A stretch of 64,000 bases of DNA, taken from Octopus vulgaris. Taxonomy: Eukaryota. Made by a program: the position numbers and the translations under genes. Location of the stretch: contig OX597816.1 of NCBI GenBank assembly GCA_951406725.2, forward strand, positions 1,054,001 to 1,118,000, written 5' to 3'. Positions 38,195 through 51,351 of the stretch are shown piece by piece. How positions within the stretch are numbered: the stretch's first letter is position 1; every line of letters begins with the position of its first letter. Below the pieces are notes generated by a model. The model was not told the DNA's origin. It made no database searches and was given only the letters and a program-made list of their open reading frames with translations.

Positions 38195-39040
38195 TTTTAC
38201 ATGATTAAAAAGGTAACGACTTTGTTGTGACAGATGCACAAGAGCGAGACAGGAAGTCACCGAATCCCTGAAAAGGTCGCGAACAGCAATGAAAGAACTT
38301 TGACAAACAAACAAACAATTGATTGTTTAACCAACAAATTAAACAAACGGTCAATTAGTTGGTTAGATATTTAACCAATTGACTAATAAATAAAGAAGTG
38401 GAATTGAACCAATACGTGTGATAATATTTTTGGTGGAATGACTCTGCCAAGACACAGCAAAACTTGTTCCAACACACGAATTCACACCAAGAATTCTGCA
38501 AACCAAATACAAAAACGAAATCCAGCGATTCTTTCATTATAATGGATGACATTTATAAACAGTTTCTTTTTATATAAGCCTTGTTTAAACAGGGCTTCAT
38601 TTTTTTTTTTTTGTATTTGCCGTGACCCTCAAGACATAAAAACATTTCCAAACAGGCCCACATTAAAAAAATGTTGACCTTGTGCCAAAGGAATGGACGA
38701 GAATTTACCAACTAATCCAAATTTGACGGCACCACTCCTTCTCAGTTGTTTAAAAGCCTGGTTGGTCGTTGTCATTAGTTCGGGGGGTGTGCTGCTTTCC
38801 CATATCAACGAAACTTAAGACCTACACAGTTTAATCTGTCGATGAGCAAGTAATACAACCCCACCTCCTTTACAGATAAGCATTTTGCAACAGTTTTTCA
38901 GCAACGCTACTTGGCACTTCAATAGGCAGTTGTTGATGCTAATCAACGTTATGAGAAAATAGATTCCACCTCAAGAAACGCTGACCTCAAGACTGATAAT
39001 ACTCTTGTGAATATAAGAAACAATTGTTTTCAGAACGTTT

Positions 39041-39081
<41 letters not shown>

Positions 39082-39859
39082 ATAATTTAGATTTTGTGAA
39101 AGTCGTTCTTGTTTTTAGAATCCTGTTTGTATGGGAGGTTGAACGGGTCAAAATTGAAGGAGTTCTTCTCACTGTCTCTCTCTGTACATGTGGTCGTAAT
39201 ATCTCTTTGCATACACATAAGGCGGAGGTGAACTGGCAGAATCGTGAGCACGCCGTACAAAATGATCGGCAGTATTTCGTCCGTCTTTACGTTCTGAGTT
39301 CAAATACCGCCATCGTTGAATTTGTCTTTCATCCTTCCGGGGTCGATAAAATAAGTACCACTGAAGTAGTGGGGTCGCTGTAATCGACCTTCTCCTTCCC
39401 TCAAACTCTGCGATCCCGGTGTCAAATTTTGAAACTATTATTATTGACTGCGTATGATTTAGAGACATTATTTATATTTCGAACTGAAGGAAATAATTTA
39501 GCTATTTGAGGGAAAAAATTTTAATCAAAAACTACTCTGGGTACAGATAACCTCATAAATGTTAGAGTTTCCCCTTGAATGGGTTGACAAAAGAAAAAGT
39601 AAGGTTTGTGTCTTTATATATCGAGGGAGTTTATTTTTTTCCTTCATGTTACTGACATGGGTACCAGTTTTTTCAAGCCACGCCTACAAAAAGAAAACTG
39701 AAAATGTACAAAATAGCAGATTTCAGCAGAGAAAACGAAACAAAACAAAAAATATTTTAATTACCACGCAAACATTAATAGCAAACACTAATCTTTTAGC
39801 ATTGAATTTAAATATATTGCGTAACAGCATTAAATGCCAGCGAAAATGTAGGCAGACGG

Positions 39860-40165
39860 ACAGAATTTGCAATATGGTGAATATTTTTCATGGCCAGTGC
39901 CTTAGAAATGTTCTAAAGATCATCTGGCCTGACCACATCACAAACGATGAGATTATGTGAAGAGCCGGCCTAAGTAAAATGCAAGACACCATCGCAGCTG
40001 GACAAGGGAATTTCTTTGGCCATGTACTGCGCTTGCCGTTGGAGAGGCCGACAAAGAAAGCTGTCGAGTGGCCAGTTGGAGGAAGGGGAAAGATAGCAAA
40101 GGACGGTGCAGGGACCCTTGGCCGAGAAGGGTGTCACTTGGGAAGAAAGGTGTAGTTCGGCCCAG
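39860..40165 (+). pseudogene. RTE LINE C-terminal fragment
   Basis: FHGQCLRNVLKIIWPDHITNDEIM*RAG...FFGHVLRLPLERPTKKAVEW. Confidence 0.8.
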
Positions 40166-41013
40166 GACAGAGATAACACCGTCATCAAAATGTTCTCAAC
40201 TACGATGACAACAGTAACAGAATAGATGCACAGTTTGGCGATTGGAAATATAAAGAACGGAACGAAAGCTTGGTATCATTTTGTACACAGGACTCTGGGC
40301 AGCTTATCACAATCCATTCGAGAGGCGCGCGAGAGAGGAGGAAAGTAACCTAAATGTATTTTGCCATGACATCAGAGACCTTTTGTTCAATCAAGAGTTG
40401 AAAACAATTATAACAGATATTTTAAGTGAAATTTTCTTCATTGGCACAGAGAGGACATATGGCCCCATATGTCCCATTTTTAAACGAGACGACGGAATAA
40501 AAGCACCCGAGGAATTACAACCGTTTTTCGTGGTCTGCTACCACAACAGCTCCTTTATAGGATCAAGTTAGCTCAAGACATCATCAGGAGGAACCACGTC
40601 CGGTTTCGGCCCCTACTCCTCTACCGTTTTGAAGTGGCGCCCCCCCCCCACTTTCGGAGGTGTCTTCAGCTCTGGTGTTGGGTGCATGTCTTCTTTCTTC
40701 TGTTCCCTGGCCTCTTCGATGTATCGTCAACCAGTGTCAGCAGGCGACTGACTGACTTGTTGAAATTTTCCCTTTAAATACCTGCTATGAACCGGTCCTG
40801 CAGCATTTAGAAAGAAGGATCGATTGGGTTTTCGTCAGAGGCAGAAGGACAATTCTCTACTCTTTTTGGAGAGGAGAAGACACTTTTTCGTTTCTTTTTC
40901 TTTTTTGCTTCCTTTGTTTCTGTTATCCAACAAAACTTTTACACGATTTCAAGTAATCCCAGACTATATCGTTCTCGATGCTATTGTCAATACTTGATAC
41001 TTAATAAAGGAAA

Positions 41014-41080
<67 letters not shown>

Positions 41081-41699
41081 AGTATTGATGTCGAGGTGTG
41101 ACAGACTCAGTAAAGTGCTTGATTAAATGCCGTATGTTATTATAGTTTCGTGTCTCTGATTTCTGATTTTCCTGGGAAATTTTTTTATGTTCTCCCCACC
41201 CCACCCCCACCCGATGCTCTCTTGTTATAGTTTAGTCAGGAGGGGGGGGAGAGGACGACGCCAATGACTTCTGCGACTGATGCGGTGACGTGTGGGATTG
41301 TAAGAAAGATACTCTCGCACCAGAGACCTGAATACCGACAATGAACTGAGTCTTACTAAAAGTATCCAAGGACCAGGTGGGTGAGAGCTCAACCGAACCA
41401 TCAGCGATGTTTACCGAACCATCAGCGATGTTTACCGACCACAAACCATCCGGCTGACTTCACAAACCACCCGGCTGACTTCACAAACCACCCGGCTGAC
41501 TTTAGCACAGTTTCCAACCACACAAGTCTTGGCTCGATCCGTGCAATGGGATCGAAGTCAGAACGATATGACTGTGAAGCAAGCAACTTATCTGCCCGGG
41601 CCGTACCCAGGGGCAGCAGCAGGCGTTCGATAAGACCAACCTAATGAAATACATCACGCTTCTTCAACATTATTATTGGCCTCGGTTCAATATCAGAAA

Positions 41700-42540
41700 T
41701 CACCACCACCACCGCCGCCGCCGCCGCCACCACCACCACCACCACCAACCACCACCAGCACCGCCGCCACCAACACCACCACCACCACCACCACCACCAC
41801 CACCACCACCACCACCACCACCACCACCACCACCACCACCACCACCACCACCACCACCACCACCACCACCACCACCACCACCACCACCACCAACAACACC
41901 ACCACCACCGCCGCCACCACCACTGTGACCTAGAAGAAGACGACCACCACCACCACCACCACCACCACCACCACCACCACCACCACCACCACCACAACAA
42001 CAACAACAGCAACACCACCACCACCACCACCACCACCACCACCACCACCACCACCACCACCACCACCACCACCGCCGCCACCACCACTGTGACCTAGAAG
42101 AAGACGACCACCAAAAACAAATACCACCAATATTACCACCATCACTACAATTATCACCACCACCACCACCACCACCACAACAACAACAACAGCAACAACC
42201 AGCACCGTCACATCACTACCAACACCCACACTACCGCCACCACTGCCACCGCATCACGTGCATCGCCGCCATCACTTGTAGAACAATGGTGCAGCGGTGT
42301 GAGAGATAATTATTGGAAGCTGGAGAACAATTAGAAAGATGCTTGACAGTGTTAGACACCCCACCACCCCCACCACCACCACCACCACCACCACCATCAT
42401 CACCATCATCACCATCATCAACACCATCATATTCAACACCATCACCATCAACACCATTACCAATAACAATTGTTGCAATGTTTAGCAAACTGCAACAACA
42501 ACAACAACTACAGCAACACAATATCTACAATAACAACAAC
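41700..42540. repeat. Long compound (CAC)n/(CAA)n/(CAT)n trinucleotide tract
   Basis: Direct reading of the sequence. Confidence 0.95.
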
Positions 42541-42967
42541 AAAATAGGCGTGGTGATAGTAAAAAGGGTAAAACTGCTAACAACGCCACCTATCCACACC
42601 AATTGTCTTTCCAATAATGCTGGCTGTACAAGGCTTTCTTTCTTTAGCTTTTTTTTTTTTTTTTTTGCTGTCTTTTGTTATTTTTAGTTTTTATTTTCCA
42701 GTAAAACAAAGAAAAAAACATCCAAGATAAATGAAACTAAGCAAAGAAAAATCAATCAGATGGAATTTCTAATCGATTTGTTTCTGTGAAACGAAAGTAT
42801 TTTGATTGCCCTGAAAGGTATAAAAAAAGAAAGAAAGAAAACAAAGAGAAAAGATAATGCGCGTGCACGCGTATGTATTATATGTCTATATATATATGTG
42901 TATATATAAGCATGCATGTGCGAATGTATGAACACACACATATGTATTTATGTATGTGTATGTATGC

Positions 42968-43012
<45 letters not shown>

Positions 43013-43081
43013 TATACACATATATATATATATGCATACATACGCACACATATACGTATGTATATAAGTGTGCGTATATAC

Positions 43082-43112
<31 letters not shown>

Positions 43113-44864
43113 AACTATATACACACACACTTATATACATATACTCATGCATACACACACATATAACTTGAGAGAGGAGGGGGAGGTAAAAACGAACAAA
43201 ATGGAAGCAAAAATAAACACCAACAACCAACAACCAACGACTATATTAGCAAAAGCGAACGCAAGCGGAGAGCAAACACGGTGGTTGGCAGTCGTCAAGG
43301 AAAGGAAAATGCGTGCAGGAAGGGTTTTTATTGCTGCTGTTATTTGTTTTTAGGTTGGAAAATGAAGCAACGACAGCCTGAAGAAGAAGAAGAAGAAGAA
43401 GAACTGGTTGCTTAAAGAATTGATTTTCATAAATCGTTGTAATGGAAAAACATCTTCAAACTGGGATATCGTCGTCGTCGTCGTCCTCATTGCTACCATT
43501 ATCAAGAGTGTCCTGTAAGCCAGGCTGGGATGTGTGGCTGTCCTCTACGCTGGCCAAAATGACCGTCTTCTGCTCTAATCAAAATGGCCGGCTCCGCAAC
43601 ATAGCTCCTGCTCCAAACACTTATATAGAAGTGGCCACCTCACCTCACCCGCATGCTTCATGTTACACCACTGAACTTAGAGTTTCTTTATATAGATTCC
43701 TGGCGAGGGGCGAATAAAATTTTGACAGGAGTGATTAATGGCCTTATGGGTCCGTACCATGCCACCGCCAAACTGTGCGTTTCTGCGCGCGCACATATAT
43801 TTTATAAGCAGTGCACAAAGAATAAAGATTGTTCACACAAGCTTTTCAAGATGAAATCGAATATTTTTGATTGAAGAAAGCAATCATATAATTTCCTAAT
43901 AAAATACAGGTGTCCTCGCAGTGATTGTTTCTCCGACCAAAACGAAATCGTCATACCTTTCAACGGTGTATATAAGTTAAGATGGCATTTTAAATTTATT
44001 AGTTTGTACTTATAATCCTTTTATAACAAGAGAGCAGAAATTGTGGATTAGTTGTCAGATATCGAACACCTATATGAATGTCCGTTTGGGTGTGGTGGCC
44101 ATCAGTGATGAGTCGTTCACGTAAGACTCAATCAAAACGTACAGATCAATCAAATGAATGAACGAACGATCAAGCTCTGACTCAAAAATTCAGATCACTT
44201 TGCCGTACTTATTAATGTCTCATCAAAGCAAACTGTTACACTGTTGAACCATTGAATTAGAAATAATGACCAACTTTTATGCTAGGGTAACCCTACAGCT
44301 TCCAAGAGCACAACTGTATTCGTTTTTGCTTAGATAAAATGACAAAATTGTGGGTGTTAAGTCCCCATGGAGGGGTCTTTCTAACTTTGTAAGAAGATGA
44401 AATTTTATAAATATTACTTCATTTGTGTCTAATATCTATGGTTAAAATTTCATCAACAGCAAAAATATATGAATTGTCACGGGAGTTATGGCCCTTATGC
44501 ATAAAATATAATTTCCAAATTTCATAAAGATCCATTCAGTACTTTTTACCTAGTTTTGGATCATAAAAGAAATTACTAAAATTTGGGAGTTAAGGCTCCC
44601 ATTAGGGTGTTATATATATATATATATACACACAAAGATAAATTGATAGATACAACTGAGTAGGCAAACAAAAATATGAGACACAGCCTAGTGCTTTTTT
44701 ATGTTGATAAGCCTAGTACTTATTCTATTAGTTTGTTCTTGTGAAACCAGTAAGTTATGTGGATGTAAATAAATGAACAGCAGTTGTGAAGCAGTGTTGA
44801 GGGCGAAACACAGAGACAAAGACACACACATACACTTGCATATATATACGATTAATTTGTTACA

Positions 44865-45144
44865 GTTCCTGTTGTATGGTTTGAACTAAGCTTTATTGCT
44901 AATTCTTCAACTGATAATGACGGATTTTCTTCAAGTAATGCCTCAAGGAGCTTATCATCAAACTCAACTGGACGTCCTGTTCGATATTCATCTTCAATTT
45001 TGCAAACGATCTCCTGCAAGTTCTTTCATTCGAGCACTTTCCCATAAACTGAGTGTATGTTTCGAGTCACTTCGGCTGCAGAGTTACCTTTATTGTACTC
45101 ATAAAGAATTATATGTGCCTTAAATGTTTCTTGGATACTTCCAT
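44865..45144 (-). pseudogene. Mariner transposase N-terminal (HTH) fragment
   Basis: MEVSKKHLRHIILYEYNKGNSAAEVTRNIHSVYG...RTGRPVEFDDKLLEALLEENPSLSVEELA. Confidence 0.85.
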
Positions 45145-45172
45145 GTTGAAAGGGTTTTAATGAAAGCAATTT

Positions 45173-46692
45173 TAGGGTGTCCACGAAGTCTGGGTTTATG
45201 GAATAATATCATAACATAAACAAATAAATATAAGAAATAATAATTTTCCTTTTTTACTTTTGCTTAAATTAAATAAAAAAATACTTTACTTTTCTAAATT
45301 TATTTGTTATTTTTTTCTACAGATGATCGAATGATGGATCTGTCTAAAGAAGAAAGAATCCCAGATCGAATGATGGTTCTGTCTAAAGAAGAAAGAATCC
45401 CAGATCGAATGATGGTTCTGTCTAAAGAAGAAAGAATCCCAGATCGAATGATGGATCTGTCTAAAGAAGAAAGAATCCCAGATCGAATGATGGTTCTGTC
45501 TAAAGAAGAAAGAATCCCAGATCGAATGATGGTTCTGTCTAAAGAAGAAAGAATCCCAGATCGAATGATGGATCTGTCTAAAGAAGAAAGAATCGAGTTA
45601 GTAATATTAAGTGGACGAGAGGGATGGTCTTATCGCAAAATTGCGGAAGAATTTAATCTTCGACACCCTTATAGGCAACCTATTTATTTTACTGCCGTCG
45701 GGAAATTGATCAGGAAATTTAAAGAAACAGGCAGTGTTTTGGATAAACCCCGTTCGGAGCGACCAAAGACTTCAGATGAAACGAAAGAGGCTGTCAAGGC
45801 TAAAGTTTCTGCTAGCCCAAAGAAATCCCTTCGTCGGGCATCCACGGTGTTAGGTGTTCCAAAACCAACCATCCACAAAATGCTGATTGAGGAAAAGTTT
45901 CAGATATTGCATCACTTAAATGAAGACGATCCTGATAGACGAATGTAGACGTGCGAATGGTTTTCAGATAAATTGGATGAAAATATCAATTTTACGAAAA
46001 ACTTTGTGTTGCTCAGTGACAAAGCTACGTTTTATGTAAATGGTGAGGTCAACAGACAGAATCTTCTATACTGGTCTCGAGGTAATCCACATTGGATGGA
46101 TCTATCCAAACAGCAAAGCAGCAAAAAGGTGATGGTGTGGTGTGGTTTTTTGGAAAGCTCATGTTCTAGGACCCTTCTTCATTGAACATGTAACGGATGA
46201 AACTTATGCACATATATTGAGAGACAAATTAATATCTTAAATTGAGCGCCTAGGCGATGGCCTTCCGAATTGGTTTCAGCAGGATGGGGCCCCCTACTAA
46301 TTTTGCCACAACTATTAGAGATTGGCTTAATGACACTTTTCCTCACTAGATTGGAAGAAGGGGTCATATGGAATGGTCCCCTCGTTCACCAGACCTTTCT
46401 CCCCTTGATTTCTTTTTCTGGGGTATGTTGAAAGAGAAAGTTTACTCAATAAAGATTACAGATTTAAAACACATGAGAGAACGCATTAACAGTCAGTGTG
46501 CTGAAATTGATGGCAATGTAGACTTATTTAATCAAGTTCACCTGGATGTTGCAAGGCGCATCAAGTTATGCATTGAAAATGATGGAAATCACTTTGAAAA
46601 TATTATTTATTAACATTATAATTAAATAAAATTGTTTTGTTTTAAAAGTATGTGTTAATCCCCATGTACGCAGACTTTGTGGACACCGTCTA
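45173..46692 (+). mobile_element. Tc1/mariner element of rosa/DD41D type, both TIRs present, transposase inactivated
   Basis: TIRs GGTGTCCACGAAGTCTGGGTTTATGG / CCATGTACGCAGACTTTGTGGACACC. Motifs KFKETGSV, SDKATF, NRQN..YW, VMVWCG, FQQDGAP, WSPRSPDLSPLDFFFWG with ~40-41 aa D-D spacing. Confidence 0.92.
45325..45594 (+). repeat. 39-bp tandem repeat, 7 copies, over the transposase start
   Basis: GATCGAATGATGG(A/T)TCTGTCTAAAGAAGAAAGAATCCCA repeated in frame (13 aa). Confidence 0.97.
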
Positions 46693-47119
46693 TTATTTTG
46701 TAAAACAATATTTAATTAGTTTAAACGTACATTCTATCCTCACTAATTATAGATATATTTCTAAATGTAATTCTTTTTCTTCTCGTTCAGCTTATAACTA
46801 TAAGATGCATTCTTGTCTGTCTCTTGACAAAGCTTTCTTTCTCCAGCGTTCACCTCTTCACCTAGTTAGTGTTAAACAGCCCTTACTGAATGTTTTCACT
46901 GTCCTGTTTTTGTTAGCAGCTTTGACGTTCCACGTATCTCAAATTTTATTTAATTTGCTTTCGGGGAGCAATTGCTTTGACGATGACGCATCTTGTTGCA
47001 ATGCTCGCAATGCGGAGTAGGTAAAACTGCCAACAACTGAGGAAGGGTTGTTTTTTTTATGCTGCCATCGCGCTATAGTTCTCTATATATAATTGAAATT
47101 CTTTCTTTCCTCTCCTTCA

Positions 47120-48152
47120 GAAGTCAAGTCAAGTCAAGTCGTTTGTAATAGTGACACTAATGCCATAGCGTCGACTGTGGGCCGGTGGCTGTGGACAGTC
47201 GCCTCAATGTCGTCCAGAGCGGGCTCTGGTCGCCATAGCGTTGACTGTGGGCTCTCTGGATTTCTCCTGAAGTTGGCGTATGGAGAATATCATGTCAATA
47301 GTTGATCTGCTTCTTCTAAAGCCACACTGCGATTTTGGATAAATTCGAGAAGCAAGCAGTTGTAGCCTGGACAGGATAATGTGAGCAAAGGCCTTTCCAA
47401 CAGTGCTTAGAAGAGATATTCCACGGTAATTGTTACAATCCCCACGGTCACCTTTGTTTTTGTAAAACGTAATGATGTTAGCATCCCGCATATCCTGAGG
47501 GACTGTACCCTCTTTCCAGCAATGACACAGAAGCTCATGAAGGTGCCGGAGCAGGATGGCATTTCCGTGTTCTTCGAGTGACTTTGTAGAAGAATCACTC
47601 TTGTATTGCATCATAGCAGCACGCTTTGCTTCGATAACTGTTTCCAGCTCTGAGAGCCCAGCATAGAAACAATCTGGGTTTTACCTTTCTCTCATGTCGA
47701 AAGTATCTATTGATGCGGTATACAAAGCTTCCCTGATATAATTCCACCTACTTTCAGCAGAGGAGTTTGGGCAGCTACTGCGGGCAACCTTGATAGAAAC
47801 AGCAAAACATTGTCGCAGTGTAGGGTCCGAGGTTCTGGCAGTGTTAATGCGTGATCGGCCCATTTTCTTGGAGTGATGGACTTTTTTAGGCAGAATCCTC
47901 ACCCTGCTTCTTATTAGTGAATGATCTGTGTCACAATCCACGCCGTGGTAACTACGAGTCAGTTGAACAGAATTCAGAAAGGATGTTTGTGTAATGATGA
48001 GATCCAGCTGATGCCAGTGGTGAGATCTTGGATGTCTCCAAGATGCCTTGTGGGATGTCTTGTTGGCAAAGAATGTGTTAGTGATGCACAGGTAATGGTA
48101 TGTGCAAAATTCAAGTAGTCTCTGACCATTGTCATTCATGTTGCCAATACCA
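47120..48152 (-). pseudogene. RTE (BovB-like) LINE fragments: endonuclease and RT start, with a (GACTT)n-ended segment
   Basis: GIGNMNDNGQRLLEFC...ITNTFF...WRHPRSHHWHQLDLII; DANIITFYKNKGDRGDCNNYRGISLLS...QCGFR..RSTIDMIF. Confidence 0.92.
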
Positions 48153-48222
48153 AAACACATACACTTACATATATACATACATATATATACGATTGATTTG
48201 TTTCAGTTCCTGTCCACGAAAT

Positions 48223-48276
<54 letters not shown>

Positions 48277-48286
<10 letters not shown>

Positions 48287-48707
48287 GAAAAATACAAACT
48301 GGGACAAGAACATAAAACATTTAGAAGACGATACAAAAAACACGGACGGGACATTCGAAGCCTTCAATCTTCAGTCAAGAACCGGATCATCCTCGCAGTT
48401 TCGGCTGATCATTCTTGAGATCGCTCCGATCCGGCCAGCCCCAAGGAAAAACTAAGCTACGAGCATTAGAAAAACTAAGCTACGAGCATTATTCGATCCT
48501 TCTTCCAAGAGATCTAATGCTCGTAGCTTAGTTTTTCCTTGGGGCTGGCCGGATCGGAGCGATCTCAAGGATTAATCAGCCGAAATTGCTACGATGATCC
48601 GGTTCTTGACTGAAGATTGAAGGCTTCAAATGTCCCGTCCGTGTTTTTTGTATCGTCTTCTAAATGTTCTACGTTCTTGTCCTAGTTTGTATTTTTCTAC
48701 ATATAAT
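48277..48707. mobile_element. Foldback element in (TA)n, ~194-bp arms (same family as 55989-56205)
   Basis: 48277-48470 is the reverse complement of 48513-48707 with a few mismatches. Confidence 0.9.
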
Positions 48708-48806
48708 AATAATATATATAGCGGCGTCCGTGCCCTCGTTGGCACTTATATATATATATATATATTTAAAAAAGGAGATGTGGAACACGAGTTGTGATAT
48801 ATATAA

Positions 48807-49093
48807 AAAGGAAATGAAGAAAATGCTGACAAAATAATTTAAGTAAGGGAGAGTGTATTTAATTAGGTGAAAGTTCTTTTTACCGGTTGCGCATTTGTTA
48901 TGCTTATCAAAAGATATTTTTTAAAGAGAGATAGAGTTCCTTTCTGATAGATTTTTCTATCAGAAAGGAACTCTATCTCACTCAAAATATCTTTTGATAA
49001 GCATAACAAATGCGCAACCGGTAAAAAGAACTTTCACCTAATTAAATACACTCTCCCTTACTTAAATTATTTTGTCAGCATTTTCTTCATTTC

Positions 49094-49097
<4 letters not shown>
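48807..49097. mobile_element. Foldback element in (TA)n, ~143-bp arms and 4-nt loop
   Basis: ...TTTCTGATAGA TTTT TCTATCAGAAA... centre at ~48953. Confidence 0.9.
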
Positions 49098-49177
<80 letters not shown>

Positions 49178-49198
49178 ATATGTATACACACACACACA

Positions 49199-49939
49199 CA
49201 CAAAAGATAAATTGATATATACAACAGTGTGCAAACAAAAATATGAGACACTGCGTAGTGCTTTTTAAAATTTTGATAAGCCTGGTACTTATTCTATTAG
49301 TTTCTTCTTGTGAAACCAGTAAGTTATGGGGATGTAAATAAACGAACACCAGTTGTGAAGCAGTGATGAGGGAGAAGCACAAAGACACACACATAGATTT
49401 ACATATATACATACATATACATACAATTGATTTCTTTCAGTTTCTGTTTACAAAATCCACTGACAAGGTTTTGGTTGGTCTGAGGCTATAGCAGAAGACA
49501 CATGCCAAGTTACCACACAGTGGGACTGAACCGAGGACCATGTGTTTTGGAACCAAGTTTGTTACCACACAGCCACACCTGCACCTATGTATGTGTGTGG
49601 GTGGTGGGTGGGGTGGATCGGTGTGTGTGTATGGGTGTATATGTGCATGCATGCATATGTGTATATATATATGTGTACATATTACATGTACATCTATATA
49701 TACATCCATATACATACAATAGAGAGATGCTTTTGTTTCACTTTTAACACGTAAGACTGAAATAGTGAAGATGTGATATTGCTGTGGGCTCGCCCTAGGC
49801 AAGAAGTTAAACATTCTTTTTGCCCATGACACTACATGGACCCTAAGTAAGGCATGTGTAAAATTTGAATGAAATTGGTTTTGTAGTTCTCAAGTTTTAG
49901 GGAAACAGACAGACACACATTCTCAGTTTTATATATATA
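49199..49939 (-). mobile_element. Non-autonomous Helitron (family 1) lacking its own terminator, continuing into SINE B
   Basis: 5' end TATATATATAAAACTGAGAATGTGTGTC on minus; 49450-49715 mirrors 1755-2012. Confidence 0.7.
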
Positions 49940-50960
49940 CTAGCATTATGACCCGTCGTTGCCGGGTCATAGTGCTAGTGCATGTATATATGTGTATATA
50001 TATATGTGTACATATTACATGTAGATCTATATATACATCTACACATAAAATACAAAATACAAAGTTATATCTTGATATCGCTAGTGATAACAATACTCAA
50101 AATATATAACAGACTGGAATTGTTAGCCCGTCTCTTGTAATTTCGATCAATTGTATCTTGTCCTCCCTCTTGTATAGAAGTGTGGCTACAATCCAGCCTA
50201 CCTCTACTTCTGGGGGTGGGGGCATTTAAAATTTTTTTCCGGGACGTCCTACGTCCCAGATATAAAAGTAAAAATAAAATATTTCCACTTTGCAAGTTCG
50301 AGTCGAGTACTCCCTTGCACGCTCCGTTGACTCGAACCTTGCTTCTATTGTGGCGAATTTACCGCCTCTGGTTAGATATCTTTCATAGTCGCACCAAGGC
50401 ACTTTTCGATGGTGCTTTCCTCCAGGTGCTCAAATCTTTTTTCTCTACATTGTATACTTTATAGACAGTAGTCTTTTCTTTAATTTAATTTTTTATTATC
50501 CATCTGGACTATTCCATTTCTGCACGCTAATTTTATTTTTAATTTATTCCCAATCATGTGAAACCACTTATTCAAGTTCAAGTCATTGATGTAATTTTAT
50601 ACCAATTGCTATTTTTACTTTTGTTATGTTACGATTATATCATACTTTAGTTTGATTTTAATTATTACTTACTACATATAATTCAATTGTTATTATTATT
50701 TTTATTGTAAAAGTGAAAGCATCTGACATAAAATAGAGAAATGTTTTTGTTTCACTTTTAACACATAATACTGAAATAGTGGAGAAGATATGATATTGCT
50801 ATGGGTTCGCTCTAGGCAAGAAGTTGAACATTTTTTTGCCCATGAAACTACATGGACCCTGAGTAAGGCATGTGTAAAATTTGAATGAAATTGGTTGTGT
50901 AGTTCTCAAGCTTTAGGGAAACACACAGACAGACACACATTCTCAGTTTTATATATATAT
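49940..50960 (-). mobile_element. Complete non-autonomous Helitron (family 1)
   Basis: 5' end as above; 3' GACCCGGCAACGACGGGTC hairpin then CTAG (49940-49943). Body matches 885-1110, 1275-1330 and 1610-1822. Confidence 0.85.
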
Positions 50961-51301
50961 ATAAATATATAAATATACACATACATATAGGTACAATATA
51001 AATATATAAATATACACATACATATAGGTACATACCTACATCTATATGTATATATACATGCATATATGGGTACAAGACATAAAAAAAACGTAGAACACAA
51101 TGAGAAACGAAAACATGGAAACGAACTATTTTCAAACAACGAAATAACAGAGTACAAGACATACAACACAACTTCTTCAGTTGTCCCAGTTTCGTCTATT
51201 CCGCGTTATGACGGTAAGGACAAGACGCGGCTTCATTGAAACAGTCCTTCCCGCAAAGCAAATTAAATAAAATCTGGGATTTTTTGCGGAGGGGTAAAAG
51301 T

Positions 51302-51351
<50 letters not shown>

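Noticed and set aside
40575-40630. Permuted hammerhead (minus GAAACCGG...CTGATGA)
   Set aside because: Stems I and II do not pair and the U of the cleavage triplet is missing.
41644-42687. Poly-Pro/His formin- or extensin-like exon
   Set aside because: Pure trinucleotide runs without synonymous variation, frames interrupted by stops, and no flanking domain.
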